Shown one piece after another: positions 28,900 to 39,212 of a stretch of 64,000 bases of DNA. A program made the translations under genes and the position numbers. The notes under the pieces were generated by a model, which saw nothing but the letters and a program-made list of their open reading frames with translations, was not told where the DNA came from and searched no databases. The stretch's first letter is position 1. Each line of letters starts with the position of its first letter. Source of the stretch: a virus; IMG/VR virus record IMGVR_UViG_3300043399_000788, positions 15,302-79,301 of that record. One strand, given 5' to 3'.

Positions 28900-31800
28900 A
28901 TGGCACTAATTTTAAGGCGAGATTCTATTAATCCGTTGTCTTATGAAGAAATGGATGGAAACTTTCAGTTTCTACAAGATGAAATTATTAGTCTTCAATC
29001 TGGTTTAAGTATCTCGCCTGATTATATACGTAGTTTATTTACTGGTGGACCAGGAATTACGTATGATAATGCAACTGGTGAAATTAAATTTTCTGGCGGA
29101 TCTAATGTAGTAACTTCTATCAACGGACAATCTGGTAATGTAACAATAACAGAAGCAGATTTTCAATTTACAACAAGCGACGTAGTTGAAGGTAATAAAC
29201 AATACTTTACTACTGACCGTGCATGGGCCGCGGTCAGAGAAAAAATTAAAGTTGGCAACGGGCTAAGAAAAGCGGAAACTGCTAACGATTTAACTATTTC
29301 TGCAAAAGTTTTTAACATATCGTTGATTGGTGCTGTAAACGGTTCTGCAACAGTAACAGATTTAAATGACATTGTTATTAATACTACGTTCTTAGGCGGC
29401 GCCTCGGCGTCCGGTGAAGGCGGCGGCGACATTATCGTTACAGAAGGTATCGTTGTTCGTAACCCTCCAGCATTAACTGGAACACGTAGATTTATTGGGT
29501 TAGATTTTGATCCAAATGATTTTATTGTAACAGAATCTGGCGACTTTGCTATGATAAAAAACAAAGTCCAAGATGATTACATTATTGAAGTTGTTGGTAA
29601 TGCTATCAGTGGTACTATTTTTGGTGACGTTACTGAAACAGAAAGTGGTATCGCTGTAACATTTGATAGAGAAAACGGCGCAATTCGTCTTTCTCCACGT
29701 ACTTTTAAAATTACTTTAACTGGCGCAATAACAGGTGAAGGTTCTGTTGAAAGATTAAGAGACGTAACAATTAAAACTTTTAACAGTGAAGGTTTTATTA
29801 CCGGGTTTGATGCTTATATTGACGTTAATAAAGTTAACACTGAGAAGTTAACTGAGTTTCAATTTGATTTAAACGCATTTAACATTAATGCTGTAAACAA
29901 AAGACTTTTTATTACAACAAAAAATGCTTTAACACCGCAAGACGTAAGAGACATTATTGGCAATACTGTACAAGGTACCGAACAAGATGTTGATTTATCT
30001 ACTCTTACTGAAACTGGTATCATTGTTACATATGACAGAGCAAACAATACATTAAGTGTTGCCCCAAGAGATTTTACTATTACTCTCGAAGGTGCAGTTA
30101 CTGGTAGCGTAAAAATTTCTCGCCTACGTGATTCAGTATTAACAGCAATCAACAGTAACAACTACATTTCAGGTTTAGATGTCTTTAGTGATGTAAACCA
30201 AGTTAACGCACAAAAGATAACTGAACTACAATTTAATATGAATGCTTTCAACGTCACAACTGCTGGCAGTAGAGCAATATTAGATTTAAAAGGTGCCTTA
30301 ACCCCACAAGACGTAAGAGATATTATTGGTAATACTGTACAGGGTACAGAACAGGACGTTGACCTTTCAACTATAACTGAAACAGGTATTATCGTAACTT
30401 ATGATAGAAACAATAATACATTAAGTGTAGCCCCTAGAGACTTTACTATATCTCTTGCAGGTGCAGTTACTGGTAGTGTTAAGATTACACGTCTAAGAGA
30501 CGCTGTATTAACAACAATTAATAGTAACAATTATATTTCAGGACTTGATGTTTACAGTGATGTAAATCAAGTAAACTCTTCAAAGATCACTGAATTTCAA
30601 TTTGATGTAAATGATTTTGGTGTAAGCACTGTTGATAATCGAGCATATTTAAGAATTAAAAACGCTTTATCCCCACAAGATGTTAGAGACATTATTGGTA
30701 ATACAGTTTCAGGTACCGAGCAAGATGTGGATCTTTCAACTATAACTGAAACTGGTATTATCGTAACTTACGACAGAAGTAATAATACTTTAAGTGTTGC
30801 ACCGCGTAATTTCACTATTACATTAGAAGGCGCAGTCACTGGTAGCGCAACAATTACTCGTTTAAGAGACGTTACATTAACTGCAATTAACAGCAACAAT
30901 TATATTTCAGGTTTAGATGTTTATAGTGATGTAAACAAAGTTAACAATAACAAGATTACTGAATTTAGTTTTAATTTAGACGATTTTAACATAACCGCAT
31001 CAAATAACAGAGCATTGTTATCGTTAAAAAATATTCTATCTGCAAGTGACGTAAGAGATATTATTGGTAATACTGTTACCGGTACTGAAAGAGATGTGGA
31101 TCTTTCAACTATAACTGAAACTGGTATCATTGTAACATATGATAAAGTTAATAATACTTTAAGCATTGCTCCTAGAAACTTTACAATCACATTAACTGGT
31201 GCAGTTGCAGGTACTGCAACTATTTCTCGTTTAAGAGACGTTACACTAAACACACTAAACATTAATGAATATATTTCAGGTTTAGATGTTTATAGTGATG
31301 TTAACTTAGTAAGCACTGCTCCAATTAAGGAGTTATCTTTCAATCAAGATCAATTCGAAATACTCCCAGCACATCACAGAACTACAATATCTTTAAAAGG
31401 AATATTGAGTCAACAAGACGTAAGAGATATTATTGGTAACACTATTTCAGGTACTGAGCAAGATGTTGACCTTTCAACTATAACTGAAACTGGTATCATT
31501 GTAACATATGATCGAAACAATAATACTTTAAGTGTTGCTCCTAGAAACTTTACTATTACACTTGCTGGCGCAGTTACTGGTAGCGCAACAATTACTCGTT
31601 TACAAGATGTTACACTAAACGTTCTAAACAGCAACAATTATATTTCAGGTTTAGATGTTTATAGTGATGTAAACAAAGTTAACGTAGAAAAAATTACACA
31701 AGTTAAGTTTAACTTAAATGATTTCAATGTTAGTGCAAGCGGAAATCAAGCAACATTAGCATTAAAAAATATTTTAACTACACAAGATGTTAAGGATATT

Positions 31801-33642
31801 ATTGGTTCTACAATTACTGGAACTGAATTAAATGCTGATTTAAGTTCGTTAACAGAAACAGGCATCGTAGTAAGTTATGATCCAAGTAATCAAAATTTAA
31901 GTATAGCTCCGCGTAACTTTACAATTACATTAGATGGCGCTGTTACTGGTAGTGCTACAATACGTAAACTTCGTGATGTTACATTAACAACATTTAATAC
32001 CAACAATTATATTTCAGGACTTGATTTATACGAAGGTGTTAATAAAACTAACATTGCTAAAATTACTGATTTAGAATTTGATGAAGCTAACTTTGATGTT
32101 AACTCTACCGATAACAGAACAGTAGTTACATTAAAGAATCAGTTGTCAACAACTGATATACGTAATATTATTGGCAATACTATTACTGGAACTGAATTAA
32201 GTGCAGATCTTTCTTCAATAACTGAAACTGGTATCATTGTAAATTATAATTCTTCAAACGGCACACTAAGCGTTGCTCCTAGAAACTTTACAATTACATT
32301 AACTGGTGCAGTCACTGGTACTGCAACTATTAGTAGATTGCGTGATGCAACAATTAATGTTCTCAATACTAATGAATATATTTCAGGTCTTGATATTTTT
32401 GACGGTGTTGATAAAAAGAACATCACCCCAATTAAATCATTAGTATTTGATCCAGCACAGTTTAATATTACTACAGACGGTATTACAGCAAGTGTACAGT
32501 TTAACAATCCAATTGATACACAAGCAGTTAAGGACATTATTGGTACTACTGTTTTAGGTGAATCTAGAGACCCAGTTACTGGTCGTGTAAGTGAAACAGG
32601 TATCTTAGTCAGCTATGATGCTGAAAATAACTTCTTAAGTGTTGCTCCACAAGATTTCACTATCACGTTAATAGGTGACGTTACTGGATCAACTACTATT
32701 AGTAAGTTACGTAGTGGAACAATCACTACAACTACATCTGCTATTAAAGGACTTGGCATTTCATCCAATAGTGTTCCATTTGATAGCTTAGTTAAAAATC
32801 TAAACTTTAGTTCAAACTTTATTTTAACTAGAAATTCTGAAACTAACACACTTGGCATTGATATTTCTAACCTACTTAATACAAATCAAGTTTTAAGCAT
32901 TGTTGGTGATGCACTAACCGGCACACAAAATGGTATAGCTGTAAGCTATAACGGTATCGAACGTCAATTTAAATATAATTTGGCTAACTTAGCTGTTAAT
33001 TTACAGGGTGCAGTACAAGGCACCGGTACACTGACTTATTCAGGAACTGGAACACAAACACTTAACATCACTACTGAAATTGGTGAAGTTGGTTCTGGAC
33101 TTGCAGTTAAAGACGAAGGTGAAGTTAAAGGAACTAGTGTTAGCGCAATTAATTTCGTAGGTGGCGGCGTAACTTCAAGTGTAAGCATGGACGGCACAGT
33201 TGCTACTGTAAGCATTCCAAACAGCCCTGCTAACGAAAAGTTCCTGCTTGTAGATCAAGGTAGCGCAAACGTTCCAAATGCACGCAGATTGGTAGCAGGT
33301 ACAGGTATCGTACTTTCAGATGGCGGCCCTGGTGATGATTTCGTTATTAGTGCTAGCGGTGGCGAAGTTTTAGGTAAAGTTCAAGTCACATATGAAGGTC
33401 AAATTGTTGACGAAGTTCCAACAGTAAACTTTGTTGATAGTCAACAAGTATTCTTTGAAATAACAAGTGACGGATCAACAAACAAAGTTAATGTAACAGC
33501 TTATAGCTTATTAAACGGTTGGTATAGAAAAACTGAGATAGACAATGGTACATTAACGGATAAATATGGTAATAGCTTAGATATGGGGCCAATTGTTGGC
33601 GGCATTATCGAAAATCAAATTAACCTTGGGGATATAGTATGA
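28900..33642 (+). CDS. Repetitive tail fibre/virion fibre protein (~1580 aa)
   Basis: ATG 28900 with SD is preferred over TTG 28882. N-terminal LSYEEMDGNF virion-anchor-like motif, followed by 123-aa tandem repeats. Confidence 0.7.
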   Translation: MALILRRDSINPLSYEEMDGNFQFLQDEIISLQSGLSISPDYIRSLFTGGPGITYDNATGEIKFSGGSNVVTSINGQSGNVTITEADFQFTTSDVVEGNKQYFTTDRAWAAVREKIKVGNGLRKAETANDLTISAKVFNISLIGAVNGSATVTDLNDIVINTTFLGGASASGEGGGDIIVTEGIVVRNPPALTGTRRFIGLDFDPNDFIVTESGDFAMIKNKVQDDYIIEVVGNAISGTIFGDVTETESGIAVTFDRENGAIRLSPRTFKITLTGAITGEGSVERLRDVTIKTFNSEGFITGFDAYIDVNKVNTEKLTEFQFDLNAFNINAVNKRLFITTKNALTPQDVRDIIGNTVQGTEQDVDLSTLTETGIIVTYDRANNTLSVAPRDFTITLEGAVTGSVKISRLRDSVLTAINSNNYISGLDVFSDVNQVNAQKITELQFNMNAFNVTTAGSRAILDLKGALTPQDVRDIIGNTVQGTEQDVDLSTITETGIIVTYDRNNNTLSVAPRDFTISLAGAVTGSVKITRLRDAVLTTINSNNYISGLDVYSDVNQVNSSKITEFQFDVNDFGVSTVDNRAYLRIKNALSPQDVRDIIGNTVSGTEQDVDLSTITETGIIVTYDRSNNTLSVAPRNFTITLEGAVTGSATITRLRDVTLTAINSNNYISGLDVYSDVNKVNNNKITEFSFNLDDFNITASNNRALLSLKNILSASDVRDIIGNTVTGTERDVDLSTITETGIIVTYDKVNNTLSIAPRNFTITLTGAVAGTATISRLRDVTLNTLNINEYISGLDVYSDVNLVSTAPIKELSFNQDQFEILPAHHRTTISLKGILSQQDVRDIIGNTISGTEQDVDLSTITETGIIVTYDRNNNTLSVAPRNFTITLAGAVTGSATITRLQDVTLNVLNSNNYISGLDVYSDVNKVNVEKITQVKFNLNDFNVSASGNQATLALKNILTTQDVKDIIGSTITGTELNADLSSLTETGIVVSYDPSNQNLSIAPRNFTITLDGAVTGSATIRKLRDVTLTTFNTNNYISGLDLYEGVNKTNIAKITDLEFDEANFDVNSTDNRTVVTLKNQLSTTDIRNIIGNTITGTELSADLSSITETGIIVNYNSSNGTLSVAPRNFTITLTGAVTGTATISRLRDATINVLNTNEYISGLDIFDGVDKKNITPIKSLVFDPAQFNITTDGITASVQFNNPIDTQAVKDIIGTTVLGESRDPVTGRVSETGILVSYDAENNFLSVAPQDFTITLIGDVTGSTTISKLRSGTITTTTSAIKGLGISSNSVPFDSLVKNLNFSSNFILTRNSETNTLGIDISNLLNTNQVLSIVGDALTGTQNGIAVSYNGIERQFKYNLANLAVNLQGAVQGTGTLTYSGTGTQTLNITTEIGEVGSGLAVKDEGEVKGTSVSAINFVGGGVTSSVSMDGTVATVSIPNSPANEKFLLVDQGSANVPNARRLVAGTGIVLSDGGPGDDFVISASGGEVLGKVQVTYEGQIVDEVPTVNFVDSQQVFFEITSDGSTNKVNVTAYSLLNGWYRKTEIDNGTLTDKYGNSLDMGPIVGGIIENQINLGDIV
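29570..32740 (+). repeat. Intragenic tandem repeat, 369-nt (123-aa) period, 8 in-register copies plus one degenerate copy
   Basis: The D/A-V-R/K-D-I-I-G anchor starts at 29941, 30310, 30679, 31048, 31417, 31786, 32155 and 32524. Confidence 0.9.
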
Positions 33643-36600
33643 GCAGCGAATTAAGACTACGTAGAGGTACAGGAACTCAGCACAACAGCTTTACAGGTGC
33701 TGAAGCAGAAGTAACCGTAAACACTACAAACAAGAGCGTCCATGTGCATGATGGAACAACGTCAGGAGGTTTTGAGTTAGCCCGTGTTGACTTGAACAAC
33801 GTTGATAATAGCGTTTTTGCAGCAAAAGCAGCAGCAGCTGGTATAAGCGGCGGTGCAGGTGGATCTGCTGCAATTAGTGCTGCTACTAAAGCAAGTCCAG
33901 TTGTAGTTACAACTAATATAGCACATGGTTTTATTGATGGACAACAAGTTTCTATCACAGACGTTGGTGGCATGACACAACTAAATGGTAAAACTTATTA
34001 TGTTGACGTTTTAACTTCAACAACATTTGCGCTTTATACAGATGTTTCTCTTACTACCCCAGTTAACGGAACTGCTTATACAACATATACAAGTGGTGGT
34101 ACCGCCGTAGGTGCAGACTTTGCTGGTGCCCCAATCAGCGGAAGCTATATTACAGTTAGTGCAGAGGCAGGTTTACCAAATGAGCGCAGATTACAAGCAG
34201 GTACAGGTTTGTCTATTACCGATGGCGGCGCCGGCGGTGCAGTCAGTGTTGCTGCTAACTTAGCTGCAACTGCCCCAAGCAACTTAGGTAGTGCAAACGC
34301 TGGTGTAAGCAACTTAATTGCAAGAGCAGATCACGTTCACGCTATGCCCACTGCAACTGACGTAGGTGCTGTTCCAACTTCACGACAAGTTCTTGCTGGC
34401 ACAGGGTTGAGCGGCGGTGGCGCTCTAACTTCAAACGTAACATTAAGCTTAAATGCAAATCTTCATATGCTTACTGATGTAACTATTAACGGTACACCAT
34501 TAAACGGCGACGTTTTGATGTATAATAGTGCAACTAGCCAGTTTGAAAATTCTAGCACTTTTGCTAAAAATACAATACTTTTAAACAATTCAAATGTTGC
34601 TGTTAACACAATTAACAAGCTTAACTTTATTGGCACAGGTATAACTGCTTCTGTTAACGGGGTTGATAGTAGTAGAATTGATATTGCTATTGCAACTTCA
34701 AACACTACAGAAGTTCAAAATATTGTTGGAAACATGGTTTCAAGCAATACTGAAAACGGTATTGCTGTAACTTATGATGCAGTAGGTGGAAAGATTAACT
34801 TCGACGTTAATGACCCAGTAATCACATTAAGTGGTGACGTTACTGGTACAGCAACAATGACTGATTTAGGAAACGTAACTATTAGCACAACAATTGCTGC
34901 AAATAGTGTTGCATTAGGAAACGATACAACAGGTAACTATGTTGCTACAATTACAGCAGGTAATGGTATTGCTATAACTGGAGCAGGGGTTGAAAGTGCA
35001 TCTGTAAAAGTTGAAGTTAATACAGCAGAACCAAATTTCCTAGAAGAATTACAAGACATTGTTGGTACTATGGTTTCAGGTAACAGCGAAAATGGTATCG
35101 CAGTTGTATATGATGATACACTTGGTAAGCTAAACTTCCAAGTTGGTAATCCTACTATTACATTGAGTGGTGCTGTTACTGGTGCTGCAACAATTACTAA
35201 CTTAGCCAACGCAACAATTAATACATCTATCGCAGTTGACGCAGTGGCTTTGGGAACTAACACAACAGGTAACTACATTGCTACTATTTCAGGTTCAAAC
35301 GGTATTAGTGTAACTGGTAGCGGTGTTGAAAGTGCTGCCGTTACTATTGGATTAAACACTACTAATCCAGACTTTGTTGAATCTATTCAAGATATTATAG
35401 GTAGTATGGTTGAAAGCAATACTGAAAACGGCATTGCTGTTGTATATGATGACAACCTTGGTAAACTAAACTTCGACGTTAATGATCCAGTAATTACTGT
35501 TTCTGGAGCAGTTAACGGCAGTGCTACAATGACTAATCTTGGTAACACCACAATTACTGTAACACAATCTGCAGACAGCGTAACACTTGGCACACATACT
35601 GTAGGTAACTATGTTGCAAACATCGTTGCCGGGGCTGGTATTACAGTAACAAACGGTTCTGGTGAAGGACTAACTGCTAATATTTCTGTTAATACTACCA
35701 ACGTAGACTTTATTGAAGCAATTCAAGACATTGTTGGTAGTATGGTTGAAACTAATACTGAAAACGGTATTGCTGTGACATATGATGATGCAACAGGTAA
35801 GCTAAACTTTGATGTTGCTGATCCAGTAGTAACATTAAGCGGCGACGTTACTGGTAGTGCTACAATGACTAACTTAGGCAATATTACTATCAGCACTACT
35901 ATTGCAGCAAATAGTGTAGCATTGGGAACAGATACAACAGGCAACTATGTTGCTACAATTACTGGTGCAAATGGTATTACTGTAACAGGTTCAGGTGTTG
36001 AAAGTGCTGCAATTTCACTAGGATTAGATAGAACTAACACTGATTTTAGAAATATTATACAAGATATTACTGCAAATATATTCACATCAGCAAACGGTTT
36101 AACAATTGTTTATAACGATACAAATAACACACTAAGCATTGATCCAAATGATCCAGTAATCACTTTAGCCGGCGCAGTCACTGGCAGTGCTACAATGACT
36201 AACTTGGGTAATACAACTATTACAGTTGCCCAAGCAGCAGACAGTGTAACCCTTGGTACACACACTACAGGTAATTACATTGCTACAATTACTGGTACAA
36301 ATGGTATTACTGTAACAGGTAGTGGTGTTGAAAGTGCAGCGGCCAGTATTTCTATCAATACTGCAAATGCAGATTTTATTGAAGCAATTCAAGACATTGT
36401 AGGCGGTATGGTTGATACTAACACAGAAGCAGGTGTTGCTGTTGTATATGATGATGTAACAGGCAAGCTTAACTTCGACGTTAATGACCCAGTAATCACA
36501 TTAAGTGGTGACGTTACTGGTAGTGCTACAATGGCTAATTTGGGTAACGTAACGATTACTACTACAATCGCTGCAAATAGCGTTGCACTTGGAGCAGATA

Positions 36601-38507
36601 CTACTGGTAACTATGTAGCAACTATTACTGGTGCAAATGGTATTACTGTAACTGGTAGTGGTGTTGAAAGTGCTGCTATTGCATTGTCGCTTGATAAAAC
36701 CAATACTGAGTTTAGAAATACCATTCTAGACGTAGCTGCAACTATGTTTGCTTCTGGTAACGGATTAAACATTGTTTACACTGATGCTACTAATACATTA
36801 AGTATCGATCCAAACGATCCAACAATTACATTAAGTGGTGATGTTACTGGTAGTGCTACAATTACTAACCTTGGTAACGTTACAATTGCTGCTACTATTG
36901 CCCCAAATAGTGTTGAATTGGGCATAGACACAGTAGGCAACTACGTTTCTTCTATAACAGGTGCAAACGGTATCGTAGTAACTGGATCAGGTGTTGAAAG
37001 TGCTGCTATTGCATTGTCCCTCGACAAAACTAACGCTGAATTTAGAAATACAATTCAAGACGTTGCTGCACTAATGTTTAGTACAGGCAGTGGTTTAACT
37101 GTTACTTACAATGATACTACAAACGCAATTACAATTGATCCAAATGATCCAGTAATTACATTGTCAGGTGATGTTGTAGGCAGTGCTACAATGACTAACT
37201 TAGGTAACGTAACAATTAATACAACTATTGCTGCAAATAGCGTGGCATTGGGAACAGATACTACAGGTAACTACGTTGCTACAATTACAGGTGCTAATGG
37301 TATCGTAGTAACAGGTTCAGGTGTTGAGAATGCTGCTATTGCATTGACATTAGATAAAGCTAATACTGAATTTAGAAATACGATTCAAGACGTTGCTGCC
37401 TTGATGTTTAGTACTGGTAGCGGTTTAAATGTAACATATAACGATACTACAAACGCAATTACAATTGATCCAAATGATCCACTAATCACTGTTACTGGTT
37501 CTGTAATTGGTAGTGCTACGATGACTAATTTAGGCAACGTAACAATTACTGTTGCTCAAGCAAATGACAGCGTTACACTTGGAACACATACAGTTGGTAA
37601 CTACGTTGCAAACGTAACAGCAGGTAAGGCAATTACTGTAACAGGAGCAAACGTAGAAACTGCTGATATTACAGTTGCAGTTGATACTGGAAACGCAGAC
37701 TTTGTTGAAGATATTCAAGACATTGTTGGTGCAATGGTCGGTGCTGGTAGTATTAAAAACGGTATCTCAGTAGTATACGATGATGCTACGGCTAAATTGA
37801 ACTTTAACGTTGAAGATCCAATCATCACATTAACTGGTGGCGTAACTGGATCTGCACAAATGATCGATTTAGGATCAGTAACAATTACAACTACTGTAGC
37901 TGATAATAGTCACAATCATACAATTGCTAACATAACTGGATTGCAAGCTGAACTTGATTCTAAGCTAGGTGGTGCAGGCGGCACTGTTACTGGAACAATT
38001 AATACTCAATCAATCGTTCCAGTAACAAACGGTGCATATTCTATAGGTACATCTGCATTGAAATATACTACTGTTTGGGCAGCTACATTTAACGGTACTG
38101 CTGTACAAGCGCAATACGCCGACTTGGCAGAACGTTATCATGCTGATGCTAAGTATCCTATAGGAACAGTTGTTAAGCTAGGTGGAAGTAAGGAAATTAC
38201 AGCAACTAACACAGCAAATGACACACAAGTAATTGGTGTAATTTCTGAAAATCCAGCTTACTTAATGAATGATGGTGCCGGTGATCCAAACGAATGGTTG
38301 CCAGTTGCTATGACAGGTCGTGTAAGAGTTAAGATTGTTGGTCCAGTAACTAAAGGTCAACGTATTGTAAGCTCTAGCGAACCAGGTGTAGCAATGGCAG
38401 TTAATGACAGTGAAATTACTTCATTTACTACTGTAATTGGAAGAGCATTGCGTTCAGATACTGATCCAAATATTAAGTTAGTTGAATGCATCATAGGTAA
38501 ACTTTAA
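33639..38507 (+). CDS. Long tail fibre: Mtd-N-like N-terminus, FCCH-like domain, 110/112-aa repeats and C-terminal intramolecular chaperone (peptidase G2-like)
   Basis: LRLRRGT...FTGAEAEVTVNTTNKSVHVHDG.T.GG; ASPVVVTT..AHG..DGQQVSITDVGGMTQLNG; AQYADLAERY...GTVVKLGG..EIT...VIGVISENP...PVAMTGRV.VK. Confidence 0.8.
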   Translation: MSSELRLRRGTGTQHNSFTGAEAEVTVNTTNKSVHVHDGTTSGGFELARVDLNNVDNSVFAAKAAAAGISGGAGGSAAISAATKASPVVVTTNIAHGFIDGQQVSITDVGGMTQLNGKTYYVDVLTSTTFALYTDVSLTTPVNGTAYTTYTSGGTAVGADFAGAPISGSYITVSAEAGLPNERRLQAGTGLSITDGGAGGAVSVAANLAATAPSNLGSANAGVSNLIARADHVHAMPTATDVGAVPTSRQVLAGTGLSGGGALTSNVTLSLNANLHMLTDVTINGTPLNGDVLMYNSATSQFENSSTFAKNTILLNNSNVAVNTINKLNFIGTGITASVNGVDSSRIDIAIATSNTTEVQNIVGNMVSSNTENGIAVTYDAVGGKINFDVNDPVITLSGDVTGTATMTDLGNVTISTTIAANSVALGNDTTGNYVATITAGNGIAITGAGVESASVKVEVNTAEPNFLEELQDIVGTMVSGNSENGIAVVYDDTLGKLNFQVGNPTITLSGAVTGAATITNLANATINTSIAVDAVALGTNTTGNYIATISGSNGISVTGSGVESAAVTIGLNTTNPDFVESIQDIIGSMVESNTENGIAVVYDDNLGKLNFDVNDPVITVSGAVNGSATMTNLGNTTITVTQSADSVTLGTHTVGNYVANIVAGAGITVTNGSGEGLTANISVNTTNVDFIEAIQDIVGSMVETNTENGIAVTYDDATGKLNFDVADPVVTLSGDVTGSATMTNLGNITISTTIAANSVALGTDTTGNYVATITGANGITVTGSGVESAAISLGLDRTNTDFRNIIQDITANIFTSANGLTIVYNDTNNTLSIDPNDPVITLAGAVTGSATMTNLGNTTITVAQAADSVTLGTHTTGNYIATITGTNGITVTGSGVESAAASISINTANADFIEAIQDIVGGMVDTNTEAGVAVVYDDVTGKLNFDVNDPVITLSGDVTGSATMANLGNVTITTTIAANSVALGADTTGNYVATITGANGITVTGSGVESAAIALSLDKTNTEFRNTILDVAATMFASGNGLNIVYTDATNTLSIDPNDPTITLSGDVTGSATITNLGNVTIAATIAPNSVELGIDTVGNYVSSITGANGIVVTGSGVESAAIALSLDKTNAEFRNTIQDVAALMFSTGSGLTVTYNDTTNAITIDPNDPVITLSGDVVGSATMTNLGNVTINTTIAANSVALGTDTTGNYVATITGANGIVVTGSGVENAAIALTLDKANTEFRNTIQDVAALMFSTGSGLNVTYNDTTNAITIDPNDPLITVTGSVIGSATMTNLGNVTITVAQANDSVTLGTHTVGNYVANVTAGKAITVTGANVETADITVAVDTGNADFVEDIQDIVGAMVGAGSIKNGISVVYDDATAKLNFNVEDPIITLTGGVTGSAQMIDLGSVTITTTVADNSHNHTIANITGLQAELDSKLGGAGGTVTGTINTQSIVPVTNGAYSIGTSALKYTTVWAATFNGTAVQAQYADLAERYHADAKYPIGTVVKLGGSKEITATNTANDTQVIGVISENPAYLMNDGAGDPNEWLPVAMTGRVRVKIVGPVTKGQRIVSSSEPGVAMAVNDSEITSFTTVIGRALRSDTDPNIKLVECIIGKL
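34700..37900 (+). repeat. Intragenic tandem repeat, 336/330-nt period (112/110 aa), about 10 copies
   Basis: The GNY anchor starts at 34932, 35268, 35604, 35940, 36270, 36606, 36936, 37266 and 37596. Confidence 0.9.
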
Positions 38508-39151
38508 TGGAAGTAAAAAAGAAAGACAGTAATTTGACAAAGCCAGATGAAAGCGGAAATGTTAGAGTCGAAGGTCACATAAAGATCTTCGACCCTGCTA
38601 CAAAAGAAGTGTTTGTAGATAAGAGAAACGCTATTCACTATGAAAATATGAGCGAAGCTCTTGCTTACAGTATTGCAAATAAAGGTGTTGGATTTATTCA
38701 TGAAATGCACTTTGGGAATGGCGGAACAAGTGTTGATACAACTGGTATCATTACTTACCTTCCACCAAATACTACTGGAGCAAACGCAGACTTGTATAAC
38801 CCAACCTACTATAAAGTGGTAGATGATAACAGTTCTTTAAATGCTGACCCAGCAAGAAATAAAATTGAAATTAAACACACTCCTGGATTGATATATACTG
38901 ATGTTTTTGTTACTTGCTTACTTGACTACGGTGAGCCAGCTGGACAACAAGCATTTGATAACAGTATTAGTTTAGATGATGCGTTCGTATTCGATGAACT
39001 TGGATTACGAGCTTGGGGCGGCGAAGAAGGAACAGGAAAGCTACTAACACACGTAATTTTCCATCCAATTCAAAAAAGTTTGAATAGACTTATTCAAATA
39101 GATTACACAGTTAGAATACAAACTTTAACTAACCTTGGATCTATCGCATAA
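38507..39151 (+). CDS. Conserved virion/baseplate-fibre attachment protein (hypothetical)
   Basis: Located in the fibre cluster; FDELGL...LLTHVIFHPIQKSLNR.IQIDYT motif. Confidence 0.5.
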   Translation: MEVKKKDSNLTKPDESGNVRVEGHIKIFDPATKEVFVDKRNAIHYENMSEALAYSIANKGVGFIHEMHFGNGGTSVDTTGIITYLPPNTTGANADLYNPTYYKVVDDNSSLNADPARNKIEIKHTPGLIYTDVFVTCLLDYGEPAGQQAFDNSISLDDAFVFDELGLRAWGGEEGTGKLLTHVIFHPIQKSLNRLIQIDYTVRIQTLTNLGSIA

Positions 39152-39180
39152 ATATGAGTATATAATTTTCGTAATAAATA
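39147..39180 (+). promoter_or_regulatory. Two late promoter boxes (CATAAATA 39147-39154; AATAAATA 39173-39180)
   Basis: Intergenic, upstream of SD AGGAG and ATG 39213. Confidence 0.6.
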
Positions 39181-39212
39181 AGCTTATTAAGTAATTCAGG
39201 AGATTCAATTAC

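Noticed and set aside
29163-37718. Many short antisense ORFs within fibre genes, and others such as 1457-1729 and 53979-54368
   Set aside because: These are shadows of the codon bias of long genes, with no independent start signals or motifs.
29570-37900. CRISPR array
   Set aside because: The repeats are 330-369-nt in-frame coding units with synonymous variation and no unique spacers.
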